This document shows positions 9,547-18,832 of a stretch of DNA of 64,000 nucleotides, piece by piece (position 1 is the first letter of the stretch; each line of letters begins with the position of its first letter). The translations under genes and the position numbers were made by a program. The stretch spans positions 99,686-163,685 of the forward strand of contig JASFQK010000008.1 of assembly GCA_050115495.1 (NCBI GenBank), written 5' to 3'. Below the pieces are notes generated by a model. The model was not told where the DNA came from. It searched no databases and saw nothing but the letters and a program-made list of their open reading frames with translations. The stretch is from Phycisphaerae bacterium. Lineage in GTDB: Bacteria; Planctomycetota; Phycisphaerae; UBA1845; Fen-1342.

Positions 9547-11496
9547 TCAGGTGCGGACCAGCACCGCCAATTCGTTCGATTCGAGGTCGACGTGAACAGC
9601 ACGGCGGAGGGGGTTCTGGCTCCAGGTCATCGTCGTTCCCGTGCCGTTGCGGGCGAGTGTGCTGAAGTCGACCTTCCACTGGCTTCCGTCCGGCGAGATG
9701 TCGGCGTCGACCTCGATCCAGCCGCTCCAACCGTGGTACGGGTGCGGGCGGGCCACGATGAGTATCTCGCTGTCGGCGTGGACACGCGAGCAGGCGAACA
9801 CGCCGCCACGTTCGAGCGAATGGCCGAAGCCCTGGCCGTTCTCGCTGATCTCGCGGAAGTAATATCGCCCGTAACGTAGCGGCAGGTGCGCCGCGCGACG
9901 GTCGGCCAGCGCCTTGAGCATCTTGAACATCCCCCCATCCGTCGGCCATGCTCCAGCGACGCCGGGGAACTTGCCCCACAGCGCCTCGCGGACGCACTCG
10001 AAGCTGTCCAGACGCGGCGACCCGTCGCCCCAATGCGTGCCGGCGAGGTTCTGCTCCGTGCCGTAGTACAGGCAGGGGATGCCGGGCAGCGTGTACAGCA
10101 ACGCGACGCAGAGACGCACCTCCGCATCGGGCGAGTACGGGTGCCGGATGCGCTGGTGGCGGTCGTGGTTGTCGGCGAATGTCACGAAGAACGACGACGC
10201 GTCGCCGTGCGAACAAATCAGCTCGTCCTGCTTCTTCCGGCGTTCGTCGAAGACGTCGCGCAGGCGACAGACGGGCGCGCGGTGTTCGAACGCCCCCGTG
10301 CAGACGTCGCGGATCGCGTCGGCGAGCGGAAAGTCGAGCGCCGCGTCAATGCCCAGACCGCCGGCGGCGTCGCCCGCGCCGGGCCCGTTCCGTCCGACGA
10401 AGTCCGCGATCGCCGTGTTGTTGTCGGCGACCTCGCCGAAGGTGAAGAAGTTCTGCTTGCCGATCGTGCGGCCGAACTCGGTCATGGCGTTGCCGAAACG
10501 CTGAATCTGCTTGGGGTGCACATACTTCACCGTGTCGATGCGGAAGCCGTCGAAGTCGTACCGGGCGACCAGGTACTGGTAGCAGCGCAGCAGGAGCGTC
10601 AACACCGGCGAGCGGCCGAAGCTTCGCAGCGGATCGTCGTCCCCGGCCTTGTACTCGACCACGAGCTGCCGCATGTCGCCGAAGTCGCCCGGCACGAACC
10701 CCAGCCAGGGGTACTTGGACAGGTCATCGCCGGTCTTGTCGCCCCGTCGGCGAAACAGCGTGGGGTCGCGCATTTCCGTCGGGTACGCCGCTTCGTCCGG
10801 TTGCGTGGCCTGCTGGGGCGAGAGTTTGTTTCGCCAGTCGCCACGGGCCCCACCGAGGCCTTCGGTCCAGAGGATATCCGGCAGACCGCCGCCGCCTTCT
10901 GATTGGTTCAGCAGATCCTGGTCCCGGAAGGTCGTGACCCACTCGCCGAACCGGTCATACCAGAACACGCGGCCGAGGTGGTTGAGGACGATGTCGAGGA
11001 TGACGTACATGTGCAGACTGTGCGCCTGCTTCACGAGATTGGTCAGTTCCATCTCGGCCGTTGCCTGTTCGCCGTTGGAAGCCCAGCGCTCATCGATCGC
11101 CAGCAGGTTCTGGGCGGCGTAGCCGTGGTAGGTCATCAGGTTGGACGCCGCCAAGTTCCGCACGAGTGGCGTAATCCAGATGGCATTGACGCCCAACTCC
11201 TTGAGGTAGCCGAGCTGTGCCTCGATGCCCTTCAGCGTGCCGCCCTGGCGCGACGCCCAGTGCATGTCCCAGCCGATGGGCGGGTTGCATTTCTCAGAGG
11301 CCGGTTGTGCCGCGGGGTTGTTGAAGCGGTCGACGAGCAGGAAGTACATGCACGTGTCACGCCAGTCTGCGGGCGAGGGAAACGGCCGCTCCAGGCCGGC
11401 CGCTTCGAGCTCCTTGTCCGTCATACGCGCCCGCTGGCGGGCATCGGCAATCACATCATCCACGCTTTGATCAAAGACAGACTGGGGCGCGGGCAT
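9547..11496 (-). CDS. GH13 alpha-amylase family glycosidase
   Basis: YFLLVDRF, GGTLKGI, YHGY, DIVLNH, DGFRIDTVKY, GEV, DNHD, GIPCLYYGTEQ; AGGAG RBS. Confidence 0.92.
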   Translation of the reverse strand: MPAPQSVFDQSVDDVIADARQRARMTDKELEAAGLERPFPSPADWRDTCMYFLLVDRFNNPAAQPASEKCNPPIGWDMHWASRQGGTLKGIEAQLGYLKELGVNAIWITPLVRNLAASNLMTYHGYAAQNLLAIDERWASNGEQATAEMELTNLVKQAHSLHMYVILDIVLNHLGRVFWYDRFGEWVTTFRDQDLLNQSEGGGGLPDILWTEGLGGARGDWRNKLSPQQATQPDEAAYPTEMRDPTLFRRRGDKTGDDLSKYPWLGFVPGDFGDMRQLVVEYKAGDDDPLRSFGRSPVLTLLLRCYQYLVARYDFDGFRIDTVKYVHPKQIQRFGNAMTEFGRTIGKQNFFTFGEVADNNTAIADFVGRNGPGAGDAAGGLGIDAALDFPLADAIRDVCTGAFEHRAPVCRLRDVFDERRKKQDELICSHGDASSFFVTFADNHDRHQRIRHPYSPDAEVRLCVALLYTLPGIPCLYYGTEQNLAGTHWGDGSPRLDSFECVREALWGKFPGVAGAWPTDGGMFKMLKALADRRAAHLPLRYGRYYFREISENGQGFGHSLERGGVFACSRVHADSEILIVARPHPYHGWSGWIEVDADISPDGSQWKVDFSTLARNGTGTTMTWSQNPLRRAVHVDLESNELAVLVRT

Positions 11497-11709
11497 GGTT
11501 TTCGCTCCTGAGAAGTGATGTATTGATGGGCTCCGAACGGTCACAATTGTAGCGAAGTGCCACCCATGTCTTCAACCGCCATCCAAACGGGCCATGCGAC
11601 AGTCGATGTTTACGGAGCGGTGGTCGCGTGTCCCCCGTGCATCCGTCATCTGCCCGTGCACGTATAATCGGAGTGTCCCTTCGATAGCTCTGGAGACAAG
11701 GAGGAAGTT

Positions 11710-12858
11710 ATGCGCTGGTTTCGCCAATCCTGCCCGCGGAACTCCTGGGTGGTTGCCGTCCTCGGCACGCTTCTGGTGGTCGAAGCCGCCCGCGGCCAGC
11801 ACGTCAGCGACTGGGATGCCATCTGGCGTCACCCGCTGCCCGAGAGCCGGGCGGTGAAGGTTACTACGGTGCCGGAATTGGGATCGGGCATAGAAAATCG
11901 CGAGTGGCAGATGATCGCCACGCGCTACCACGAGGTTCACTATCAGCCGACGACCAATCCCGACAAGGTGGCGGAGGTGTGTGCCCTGATCGACAACCTC
12001 TACGATTTCCTCGCCGGCCGCAGCCCCGCCAAGCCCGAGACGCCGATTCGCACGTTCATCATCCCGGACGAGTGGGCGAGTTCCCGCTGCTCCCGCGCGG
12101 CCAACGCGATGCGCACCGGCGATCAGGCCGACGTTCCGTTCATCCTGGCCAGCCTGTTGCACGAGGAAACGCATCTGTTCAACTTCGCGTTCCTGAAGGA
12201 CAAGCCGCAGGGCTGGTGGGCCGGCGAGTACTTCTGCCTCTACTTCCAGCAGCGGGCGCTGTGGCTTGCCCAGGGCAAGGACTTCCGGAAGGAGGCCCTC
12301 ACTCGCCTGCCGGACGGGCCGGGTTGCGGTCTGGCAGAGATCCAGGCCCGCGGCAAGCGGGCATTCGATGAAGCCGTCGCCGCCTTGTACTTCTTCGAGG
12401 AGCAGTTCGGTCGGGAGAAAATCGACGCTTTCCGCCGGGCGTGTCTGCGGGAGTCCCTCAAGACAGGCGGCGGCCCGCTACCGGACGCCGTGTTCGCGGA
12501 GGTCTTCGGCCACCCGGTCGCCCAGCTCGATGAGCGGTGGCGGGTGTTCTACGGTGGGGCGGACACCGCAACGCCGGCCGAACCCGAAGCATCTCGCGAT
12601 CCGCGGCTGAGCAAGCCGGTTTCCTACACCACGGACAAGGCGTCCGTGCAAAACGTTGTGCAGGAACTCGCCCGACAGGTGGGGCTGGGCTACGACTTCG
12701 GCACGTCCCGCCGGCAGACGGCGCCGTTGTGCACGCGCTGGCTGAAGAACCTGCGCATCGAGAACCAGCCGCTGCACGAAGCACTACACCAGATCCTCGA
12801 CCCGCTCGGACTCACCTATCGGCTGGACGGCGACGCGATCGTGCTGCGCAAGAAGTGA
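11710..12858 (+). CDS. Secreted protein with HExxH metallopeptidase-like region and C-terminal STN-like domain
   Basis: Signal peptide; LLHEETHLF...GEY; C-terminal ..L..PVS....SVQNVVQELARQVGL...NQPLHEALHQILDPLGLTYRLDGDAIVL; GGAGG RBS. Confidence 0.55.
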   Translation: MRWFRQSCPRNSWVVAVLGTLLVVEAARGQHVSDWDAIWRHPLPESRAVKVTTVPELGSGIENREWQMIATRYHEVHYQPTTNPDKVAEVCALIDNLYDFLAGRSPAKPETPIRTFIIPDEWASSRCSRAANAMRTGDQADVPFILASLLHEETHLFNFAFLKDKPQGWWAGEYFCLYFQQRALWLAQGKDFRKEALTRLPDGPGCGLAEIQARGKRAFDEAVAALYFFEEQFGREKIDAFRRACLRESLKTGGGPLPDAVFAEVFGHPVAQLDERWRVFYGGADTATPAEPEASRDPRLSKPVSYTTDKASVQNVVQELARQVGLGYDFGTSRRQTAPLCTRWLKNLRIENQPLHEALHQILDPLGLTYRLDGDAIVLRKK

Positions 12859-12992
12859 CGCCGACCAACGCCGGCACCGGCTGAAGTATACTGCTTGCGG
12901 GCGGGCCTCCGCAGGCTATCATCTCCGGCTGCCGTTCATGCACCGCGAGCGGCGCGGGCCGGACGTTCGATCGCCTGTTGAAGAGGGGCAGT

Positions 12993-14048
12993 ATGGCGCA
13001 CTCCGGGCGGGCCGATGGTGATGACATTCCGTCGCTGTTCGGGCGTGACATCCTGCGCCTGGGTCGCCGCCGGCGGGAGCAGTGCCTGCAAGAGGCGTGC
13101 GCGTACTGGCGCCGGGCGGGCTTTCCCTACCCACGGCTGACCCGTAGCGAGATCGAGCCGCACTTCCGGGCGCTGGCCGACACGCCGCTGTGCACGCTGC
13201 GCGACGGCGATACGCTCGGTCCGTCGACCGTGGGTCTGCGGCTGGCGAACTCGTACCACCCGCAGATGTGGCACGCCCGCAGTCACCGGCATCGGCGCAG
13301 CCCCTATACCTACTTCCACGAGGACGACCACCTCCGGGCCATGCTCGAGCGGGCCCCGCGCTTTTGGCCGAACGCCCGCTGCTGGTCCGCCCAGGCCGTC
13401 CGCAACCTCATCCGTGTCTACTCCGGCGGACGCGTCGCCAACTTCCGGCCGGTCGTCGCCCGGAACATCCTGGCCGCATACTCCGCCGACGGCGATACCG
13501 TCCTGGATTTCTCGGCCGGCTACGGCGGCCGGCTGCTGGCCTGTTGCACGCTCCGGCGGCACTGCGTAGCGATCGACCCGGCCAGGCGCCAGGTGTTCGG
13601 CCTGCGGGCGATGTGGCGGGACCTGCGAGCCCACTCGCCCGGGCAGGTGGAGATCGTCCAGGGCTGCGCGGAGGATGTCCTCACCGGCGTCGGCCGCGGT
13701 TCGGTCGATCTCGTGTTTTCCAGCCCGCCGTACTACAACCTCGAAATCTACTCCGACGAGGCCACGCAGAGCTCCAGCCGGTACCGCACGTATGACGAGT
13801 GGCGGGCGCGCTTCCTCGACGTCGTCGTTACACAGTCCCGCCGCGTTCTCCGCCGTGGAGGGTACTTCATCATCAACGTGTCCACGCGTGGGCGGCACGC
13901 TCTGGCCGACGACACGCTGGCGATCGCCTCGCGGCTGTTCCGGCACGAGGCGACGCTGCACATTGCCATGCCGTGTCGCCCGTTGCAGCGGTCGCAGAAC
14001 GGGGGTGCCTGCCGAGCCGAGCCGATCTATGTCTTCCGCAAGCGCTGA
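12993..14048 (+). CDS. Amino (m4C/m6A) DNA methyltransferase-like protein, phage-type
   Basis: SAM-binding VLDFSAGYGGRL, catalytic FSSPPYYNLEIY, upstream NFRPVVAR. Confidence 0.8.
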   Translation: MAHSGRADGDDIPSLFGRDILRLGRRRREQCLQEACAYWRRAGFPYPRLTRSEIEPHFRALADTPLCTLRDGDTLGPSTVGLRLANSYHPQMWHARSHRHRRSPYTYFHEDDHLRAMLERAPRFWPNARCWSAQAVRNLIRVYSGGRVANFRPVVARNILAAYSADGDTVLDFSAGYGGRLLACCTLRRHCVAIDPARRQVFGLRAMWRDLRAHSPGQVEIVQGCAEDVLTGVGRGSVDLVFSSPPYYNLEIYSDEATQSSSRYRTYDEWRARFLDVVVTQSRRVLRRGGYFIINVSTRGRHALADDTLAIASRLFRHEATLHIAMPCRPLQRSQNGGACRAEPIYVFRKR

Positions 14049-14055
14049 GTCGCCG

Positions 14056-14856
14056 TTGACCGTATCGCCCAGCCCGATCGAGGTGTACCGCGTGCATCGC
14101 CGGCGGGTGTACGTAAAGCGCGAGGACCTGTGCGCCGTGCCGCCGGCGCCGCCACTGGGGAAGCTGCGGGGGTTGGAAGTGCTTGTCCGCCGACTGGTGG
14201 CCGGCGGCGCGACATTAATCGGCTGCTGGGATACGCGTGTCTCGAAACTCGGTCACGGTCTGGCGGCGTTCGTCCGCCGGCTGCGCGGAGTCCGGGCCGT
14301 CGTGTGCTACCCGCACTTGCAGGGCGGCACCACACCCGAACCCGTTGTGCAGGCGGCGGCACTCGGTGCCGAGATCGTCCCTATGCGCGGCAATCACGTG
14401 TCCATCTGCTTCGCCCAGGCCCGGCAGATCGTCGAGGCGAAGGCGGGCGTGATGCTGCCGTTTGGCCTCGACTGCCCCGAGTCGGTGACGGCCATCGCCG
14501 CCGAAGCACGCCAGACGCCGCCAGAGATGCTCAGGAACGGCACGGTTGTGCTAAGCTGCGGCTCCGGCGTGACCTTGTCAGGCCTGCTCACCGGCTTCGA
14601 CCCTATGCCTCGGCGGATCGTCGGTGTCTCCGCCGGCCGGTCGGTGCGAAAGCTGGAGCAATGCGTGCGCAAGTACGTCGGCAGGATGCCGCGCCACGTG
14701 ACGCTCCTGTCGGCGACTATGCCGTATGACCACGTGTCGGCGCAGGCCTGCCCCTTCCCCGCGCACCCGAACTATGACCTGAAGGCCTGGGCCTATCTGG
14801 CGGACAACCTCGCGACACTGTCGTCGCCGGTGCTTTTCTGGAACATCGGCGCGTAG
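14056..14856 (+). CDS. PLP-dependent fold-type II enzyme (ACC deaminase/D-cysteine desulfhydrase-like, short form)
   Basis: VYVKREDL, PLP lysine in PLGKLRG, ALGAEIV, phosphate loop SCGSGVTLSG, YDLKAW, VLFWNIG. TTG start 7 nt after the MTase stop. Confidence 0.8.
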   Translation: MTVSPSPIEVYRVHRRRVYVKREDLCAVPPAPPLGKLRGLEVLVRRLVAGGATLIGCWDTRVSKLGHGLAAFVRRLRGVRAVVCYPHLQGGTTPEPVVQAAALGAEIVPMRGNHVSICFAQARQIVEAKAGVMLPFGLDCPESVTAIAAEARQTPPEMLRNGTVVLSCGSGVTLSGLLTGFDPMPRRIVGVSAGRSVRKLEQCVRKYVGRMPRHVTLLSATMPYDHVSAQACPFPAHPNYDLKAWAYLADNLATLSSPVLFWNIGA

Positions 14857-14867
14857 CGGCGGTCGGG

Positions 14868-15899
14868 TCAGGGGTAGGTCGTGTCATTGATTCTGGCTTG
14901 TTCTCGATTAACACGGGCGTCGGACACATCGCTGTACCGTTCGGGCACTTCCATGGCTTTCGCAAAGTACTCACTGGCCTCCTTCGACCTGCCCCACACG
15001 CGGTGCAGTCTGCCGAGTTCGTACAGGGCGAAGCCATAGCCCGGGCGCAGCGTGTCGACCACTTCCTGCAAGTGCTGCCGGGCCTGCTCGAAATGTCCAT
15101 CCACCGCGGTCGTTGGTTCTCCAGCATCCCGGGCCAGGACGCCCAGTCTTAGGTGCACTGAGCCGAGGTCGCACGTATTCGCCCAGTCGCCGGGCAGCAA
15201 CCGGTCGGCTCGCTGCAGCGCCTCGGCCGACAAGCGGAGGCGACGTTGTCTCTTGTCCAGTGGCGTGCGGGCGATGTAATCGGTGGAATACATGAAGGCC
15301 ATACCGAGGGCGTTTGCGCACGTGGCGGCCACGGAATTGCTGCCCCCGGGGGCGCGGCGAATCTCCCTGACGCAGCGACGGCACTGCCGGAAGTGCTCTC
15401 TGATATCTCTGACCAAGCCCGAACTGGGCGGCTGGCCCGGTTCGGGAAGCTGCTGCGGAGACGGAATCATCCACATGGCGTGTGTCTGTGCCAGGTAGGC
15501 GCGGGCGATGTCCCGCAACGAAGCGTCCGCGGCCGTCCGGATGACTTCCTCGAAGTAGCCCTGGGCCAGGACGAGGTACTTATGGCTGTAGCGGTGGTAG
15601 TTCGCCACGCCCAGGTTGAAGCGCGCCTTGAGCGTCACTTGCGGATCCGGGCACTCATGCAGGATTCGCGCGAAGTACGCGACGGCGTCAGCGGACCTGC
15701 CCGTCATGTCGAGGACGACGCCCTTGTACAGGACAGCGAGGCCGTAGTGCGGGTCCTGCCGTAGCGCCCGGTCGATGTACTGGGCTGCCCGTTCGGCGTC
15801 CTGGATGCGGCGCTCTCGCTGGTATTGCTCGATGGCCTCCAATCCCTCGGTCAGCGAGGTGAAGGCTGTGTAATTCATCGTTTCGAGCGACAGGGGCAT
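14868..15899 (-). CDS. Tetratricopeptide-repeat protein
   Basis: Repeated TPR signatures (ALRQDPHYGLAVLYKG, ARFNLGVANY, ALYELGRLH..A..YF.KA). Confidence 0.8.
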   Translation of the reverse strand: MPLSLETMNYTAFTSLTEGLEAIEQYQRERRIQDAERAAQYIDRALRQDPHYGLAVLYKGVVLDMTGRSADAVAYFARILHECPDPQVTLKARFNLGVANYHRYSHKYLVLAQGYFEEVIRTAADASLRDIARAYLAQTHAMWMIPSPQQLPEPGQPPSSGLVRDIREHFRQCRRCVREIRRAPGGSNSVAATCANALGMAFMYSTDYIARTPLDKRQRRLRLSAEALQRADRLLPGDWANTCDLGSVHLRLGVLARDAGEPTTAVDGHFEQARQHLQEVVDTLRPGYGFALYELGRLHRVWGRSKEASEYFAKAMEVPERYSDVSDARVNREQARINDTTYP

Positions 15900-15900
15900 A

Positions 15901-16908
15901 TCAACCGTCCTGGGCGAGTGTCTCATGTTGTCGGATGGAGGCCGCGGTCTTGAAGGCCAGCTCCGCGAGCAGATTGGGCAGGCCCTGCTCGGCGGTGGCG
16001 GAGTACCAGGCCGCGATAGGAGCCCGCCGGTCGGATAGGCGAACGGTCGCGCCGCCAGTCTTGTCGGCGCGGAACAGATCCACGTGCACGGTATATTGCG
16101 GGGGATCAAGCCAGCCGGTCAGGTGTCTGGCGAGGGACCACAGCAGACCGGCGTCGAGCTTGGCAGACATGCTCGGCAGCGGCAGCAAGGTCTCAAAACG
16201 CACGACGGCGGTGGGCGTGACCGTTCGCTTCAGGGCCTCGCCGATGCGCTGCTCGAGTGCCTGCTGCCGAGAGAGGGCACACTGCATGTGCTCGAGGAGA
16301 CTACGGAAGAACGCGGTTTCCTCCATCTTCCGCGGGGATGTGATCCGGACGCGGATCTCCCGCGGGCCCTCGTCCCGGGCGGACGAGTACCAGCGGATGA
16401 ACCGCGTCATCAGGATGCGCAGGACCACGACGAGCAGGACAAGCGCGAGCGGGAAAGCCCATGGCTCAACCGCCGACCACAACGAGGCGAACCAGCGGCC
16501 GTGATACCACGAGGCGTGCAGCAGCCGGAGTTCCTCTGCGGCGGTCTTACGGCTGGCTTCGTCGGGCGCGAGACGGACGGCGTCCTTGTAGTAATCGATG
16601 GCCTTGGCCGTCTCACCGATGCGTTCGGCGGCTCGGGCTGACAGCAGCAACGCCTCATACCGCGATTGTGGACTACCGTCCTTGTCGGCCGCGGCCTGTG
16701 TGGCAGCCGCCGGCGAGGGAGACGTCGCCGGTGCAGGTGACACGGTCGTCGAGCTTGCGCCCGTCGGTGCGGGGAGCGCAGCGGGGGACGCCGGTGTGGT
16801 CGTGGGCGCCGACATTGGCGGCTGCGACGCGCCGGTGACGGCACGTGCCGCCGGGCCGACACAAGATGCGGCAACCACCAGCAGACAGAGGCAGACCCGC
16901 GCTGTCAT
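15901..16908 (-). CDS. Membrane-anchored protein (signal peptide, P/A/T linker, TPR-like motif, TM helix); operon with the TPR gene
   Basis: N-terminal signal, PAST-rich linker, AIDYYKDAVRLAPD, hydrophobic helix; stop lies 1 nt from the next start. Confidence 0.65.
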   Translation of the reverse strand: MTARVCLCLLVVAASCVGPAARAVTGASQPPMSAPTTTPASPAALPAPTGASSTTVSPAPATSPSPAAATQAAADKDGSPQSRYEALLLSARAAERIGETAKAIDYYKDAVRLAPDEASRKTAAEELRLLHASWYHGRWFASLWSAVEPWAFPLALVLLVVVLRILMTRFIRWYSSARDEGPREIRVRITSPRKMEETAFFRSLLEHMQCALSRQQALEQRIGEALKRTVTPTAVVRFETLLPLPSMSAKLDAGLLWSLARHLTGWLDPPQYTVHVDLFRADKTGGATVRLSDRRAPIAAWYSATAEQGLPNLLAELAFKTAASIRQHETLAQDG

Positions 16909-16941
16909 GATAGGCGTATCCCTGTCGGCGAGGTCACTGGC

Positions 16942-17136
16942 TCAGGGCCCCACGACGTGGTAACCCTGTTCGTCGACCAACACCACGCGCACATTCGCTC
17001 CGACCAGTGACTCGCCCACATATCTTCGGGCCTCGTCGAGCGTATCGAAGCCGCGTTTCCGCTCGATCCAGGTCGCGGAGCGCTCATCGTAGACCTGGAC
17101 CTTGTAGTATGGATACGGCCTTCGCTTGCTCGACAT
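16942..17136 (-). CDS. Small hypothetical protein (64 aa)
   Basis: MSSKRRPYPYYKVQVYDERSATWIERKRGFDTLDEARRY..; coding-like codon usage, downstream of a strong promoter. Confidence 0.65.
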   Translation of the reverse strand: MSSKRRPYPYYKVQVYDERSATWIERKRGFDTLDEARRYVGESLVGANVRVVLVDEQGYHVVGP

Positions 17137-17289
17137 CTGGACTATCCCGGAGCGCGGCGGCGCATGCCCCAACCGCCGCACTCGAGTGCGGCTCACATGA
17201 TAGCCCGCCCCGCCCAGTTCGTCCTCGCCGTCTGTCCCGCGCCAGGCTGACCGCCCGCACGCGACACGCACTACCGCGCTATTTTCTAT

Positions 17290-17318
17290 ATACTAACATA
17301 TGCCGAACCAATTGTCAA
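17290..17318 (-). promoter_or_regulatory. Near-consensus sigma70 promoter
   Basis: Minus strand TTGACA-N17-TAGTAT with extended -10 TG, in an AT-rich patch. Confidence 0.75.
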
Positions 17319-17847
17319 GCCGGCTGTGCGGAATAGACGCCGGGAAGAACGCCACGCGGTCTCCGTCGAAGGTCGGACGACGACACGCCGGGTCGATGGA
17401 AAGCACAGCCTGGTGTGTGTACGAGCCCGGGGTCTACGGCGGCATCGTCTCAGCCGCATTCGCGCGGGGACGGCGGTCGAGTACCATTCCGTCGACCAGA
17501 AACTTCCGGGCGGCGCTCATCGGGTCGGCGGCGCGGCGAGCGGAAGACGGCCCTGGCGGTGATCACCGGCACGATGCGGCCCGGTGTGACACGTCGCCCT
17601 TGCACCTCGAACGGAACTCGACCCCGTCTCCATGCCCGGAGCGTCGGGGTCCAGCCTTGAAGTATCGATGACCGCGTGGAGATGAGCCGGCTCGTCGCGG
17701 TCCGTATGTCACTGGCACGTGCCAGAGCTGCCTGGCGCAAGGCGTCGCGCCAGCCTTGCGCAGGCAGAAGAGCGAGAGATGGAGCACGGGCGCGCAGACG
17801 CGACGCGCACCACCGCAATGCGCACGTCGCCGGAAGGAGAACCTGAG

Positions 17848-18585
17848 ATGCCACTCTTGAGTCGACTGGCGGCGGAGTGCGTGGGGACATTCTGGCTGGT
17901 GTTCGGCGGTTGTGGCAGTGCGGTCCTGGCGGCGAAGTTCCTGGCCACCGAGGGGACGACGCCGATCAACCTGGGGATCGGGCTGGTGGGCGTCGCGCTG
18001 GCCTTCGGTCTGACCGTGCTGACCATGGCCTTCGCTATCGGACACATCTCGGGTTGCCACCTGAATCCGGCGGTGTCGCTGGGGTTGCTGGTCGGCGGCC
18101 GCTTCTCCGCGAAGGACCTGCCGGGGTATGTCGTTGCGCAGGTGATCGGTGCGGCGGCCGCGGCCGGCGTGTTGTACGTGATCGCCTCGGGGCAGGGCGG
18201 CTTTGCCATCGATGCGAATGCGGCGGGGGCGTTCGCGACCAACGGCTACGCGGCACGTTCACCGGGCGGCTATTCGCTCGTCGCCTGCCTGATCGCCGAG
18301 TTCGTCCTGACCTTCTTCTTCCTGCTGATTATTCTTGGGGCGACGGACCCGCGGGCTCCGGCCGGCTTCGCCCCGATCGCCATCGGCCTGGGTCTGACGC
18401 TGATTCACCTGATCGGCATCCCGGTGACGAACGTGTCGGTGAACCCGGCGCGCAGCACGGGCCCGGCACTGGTCGTGGGCGCGGCGGCCCTCCAGCAACT
18501 CTGGCTCTTCTGGGCAGCCCCCCTCGCCGGCGCAGCGGTCGCGGGCGTTCTGTACCGCTGCCTGGCGCCGGTGAAGAAGGCGTAG
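17848..18585 (+). CDS. aqpZ: Aquaporin Z
   Basis: [48 protein letters not shown]. Confidence 0.97.
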   Translation: MPLLSRLAAECVGTFWLVFGGCGSAVLAAKFLATEGTTPINLGIGLVGVALAFGLTVLTMAFAIGHISGCHLNPAVSLGLLVGGRFSAKDLPGYVVAQVIGAAAAAGVLYVIASGQGGFAIDANAAGAFATNGYAARSPGGYSLVACLIAEFVLTFFFLLIILGATDPRAPAGFAPIAIGLGLTLIHLIGIPVTNVSVNPARSTGPALVVGAAALQQLWLFWAAPLAGAAVAGVLYRCLAPVKKA

Positions 18586-18832
18586 ACGCAGAGGCGCCGC
18601 TCTGACACAGCCTTCGCCTCCTGATATTGTTGTATTGGCGGGTCCCGAACTGGCGCGCCTTCGGCGGTGTTCGGGAGGGGTGTCATTCCCGGCGACGTGT
18701 CTCGCCAGAATACGTTTTTTCGGACTTGCCAGCGGGCGATCGCAGAGCTACACTTCAGTCGCACACTGAGGGACCCGGGGCACGCGTGTTGAAGAACATG
18801 CCTTCGGCTCGCCTGAGCGTGAACGAGCGAGT

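Noticed and set aside
13675..14055. N-terminal extension of the PLP enzyme ORF
   Set aside because: It overlaps the MTase in another frame and is low-complexity; TTG 14056 fits the family start.
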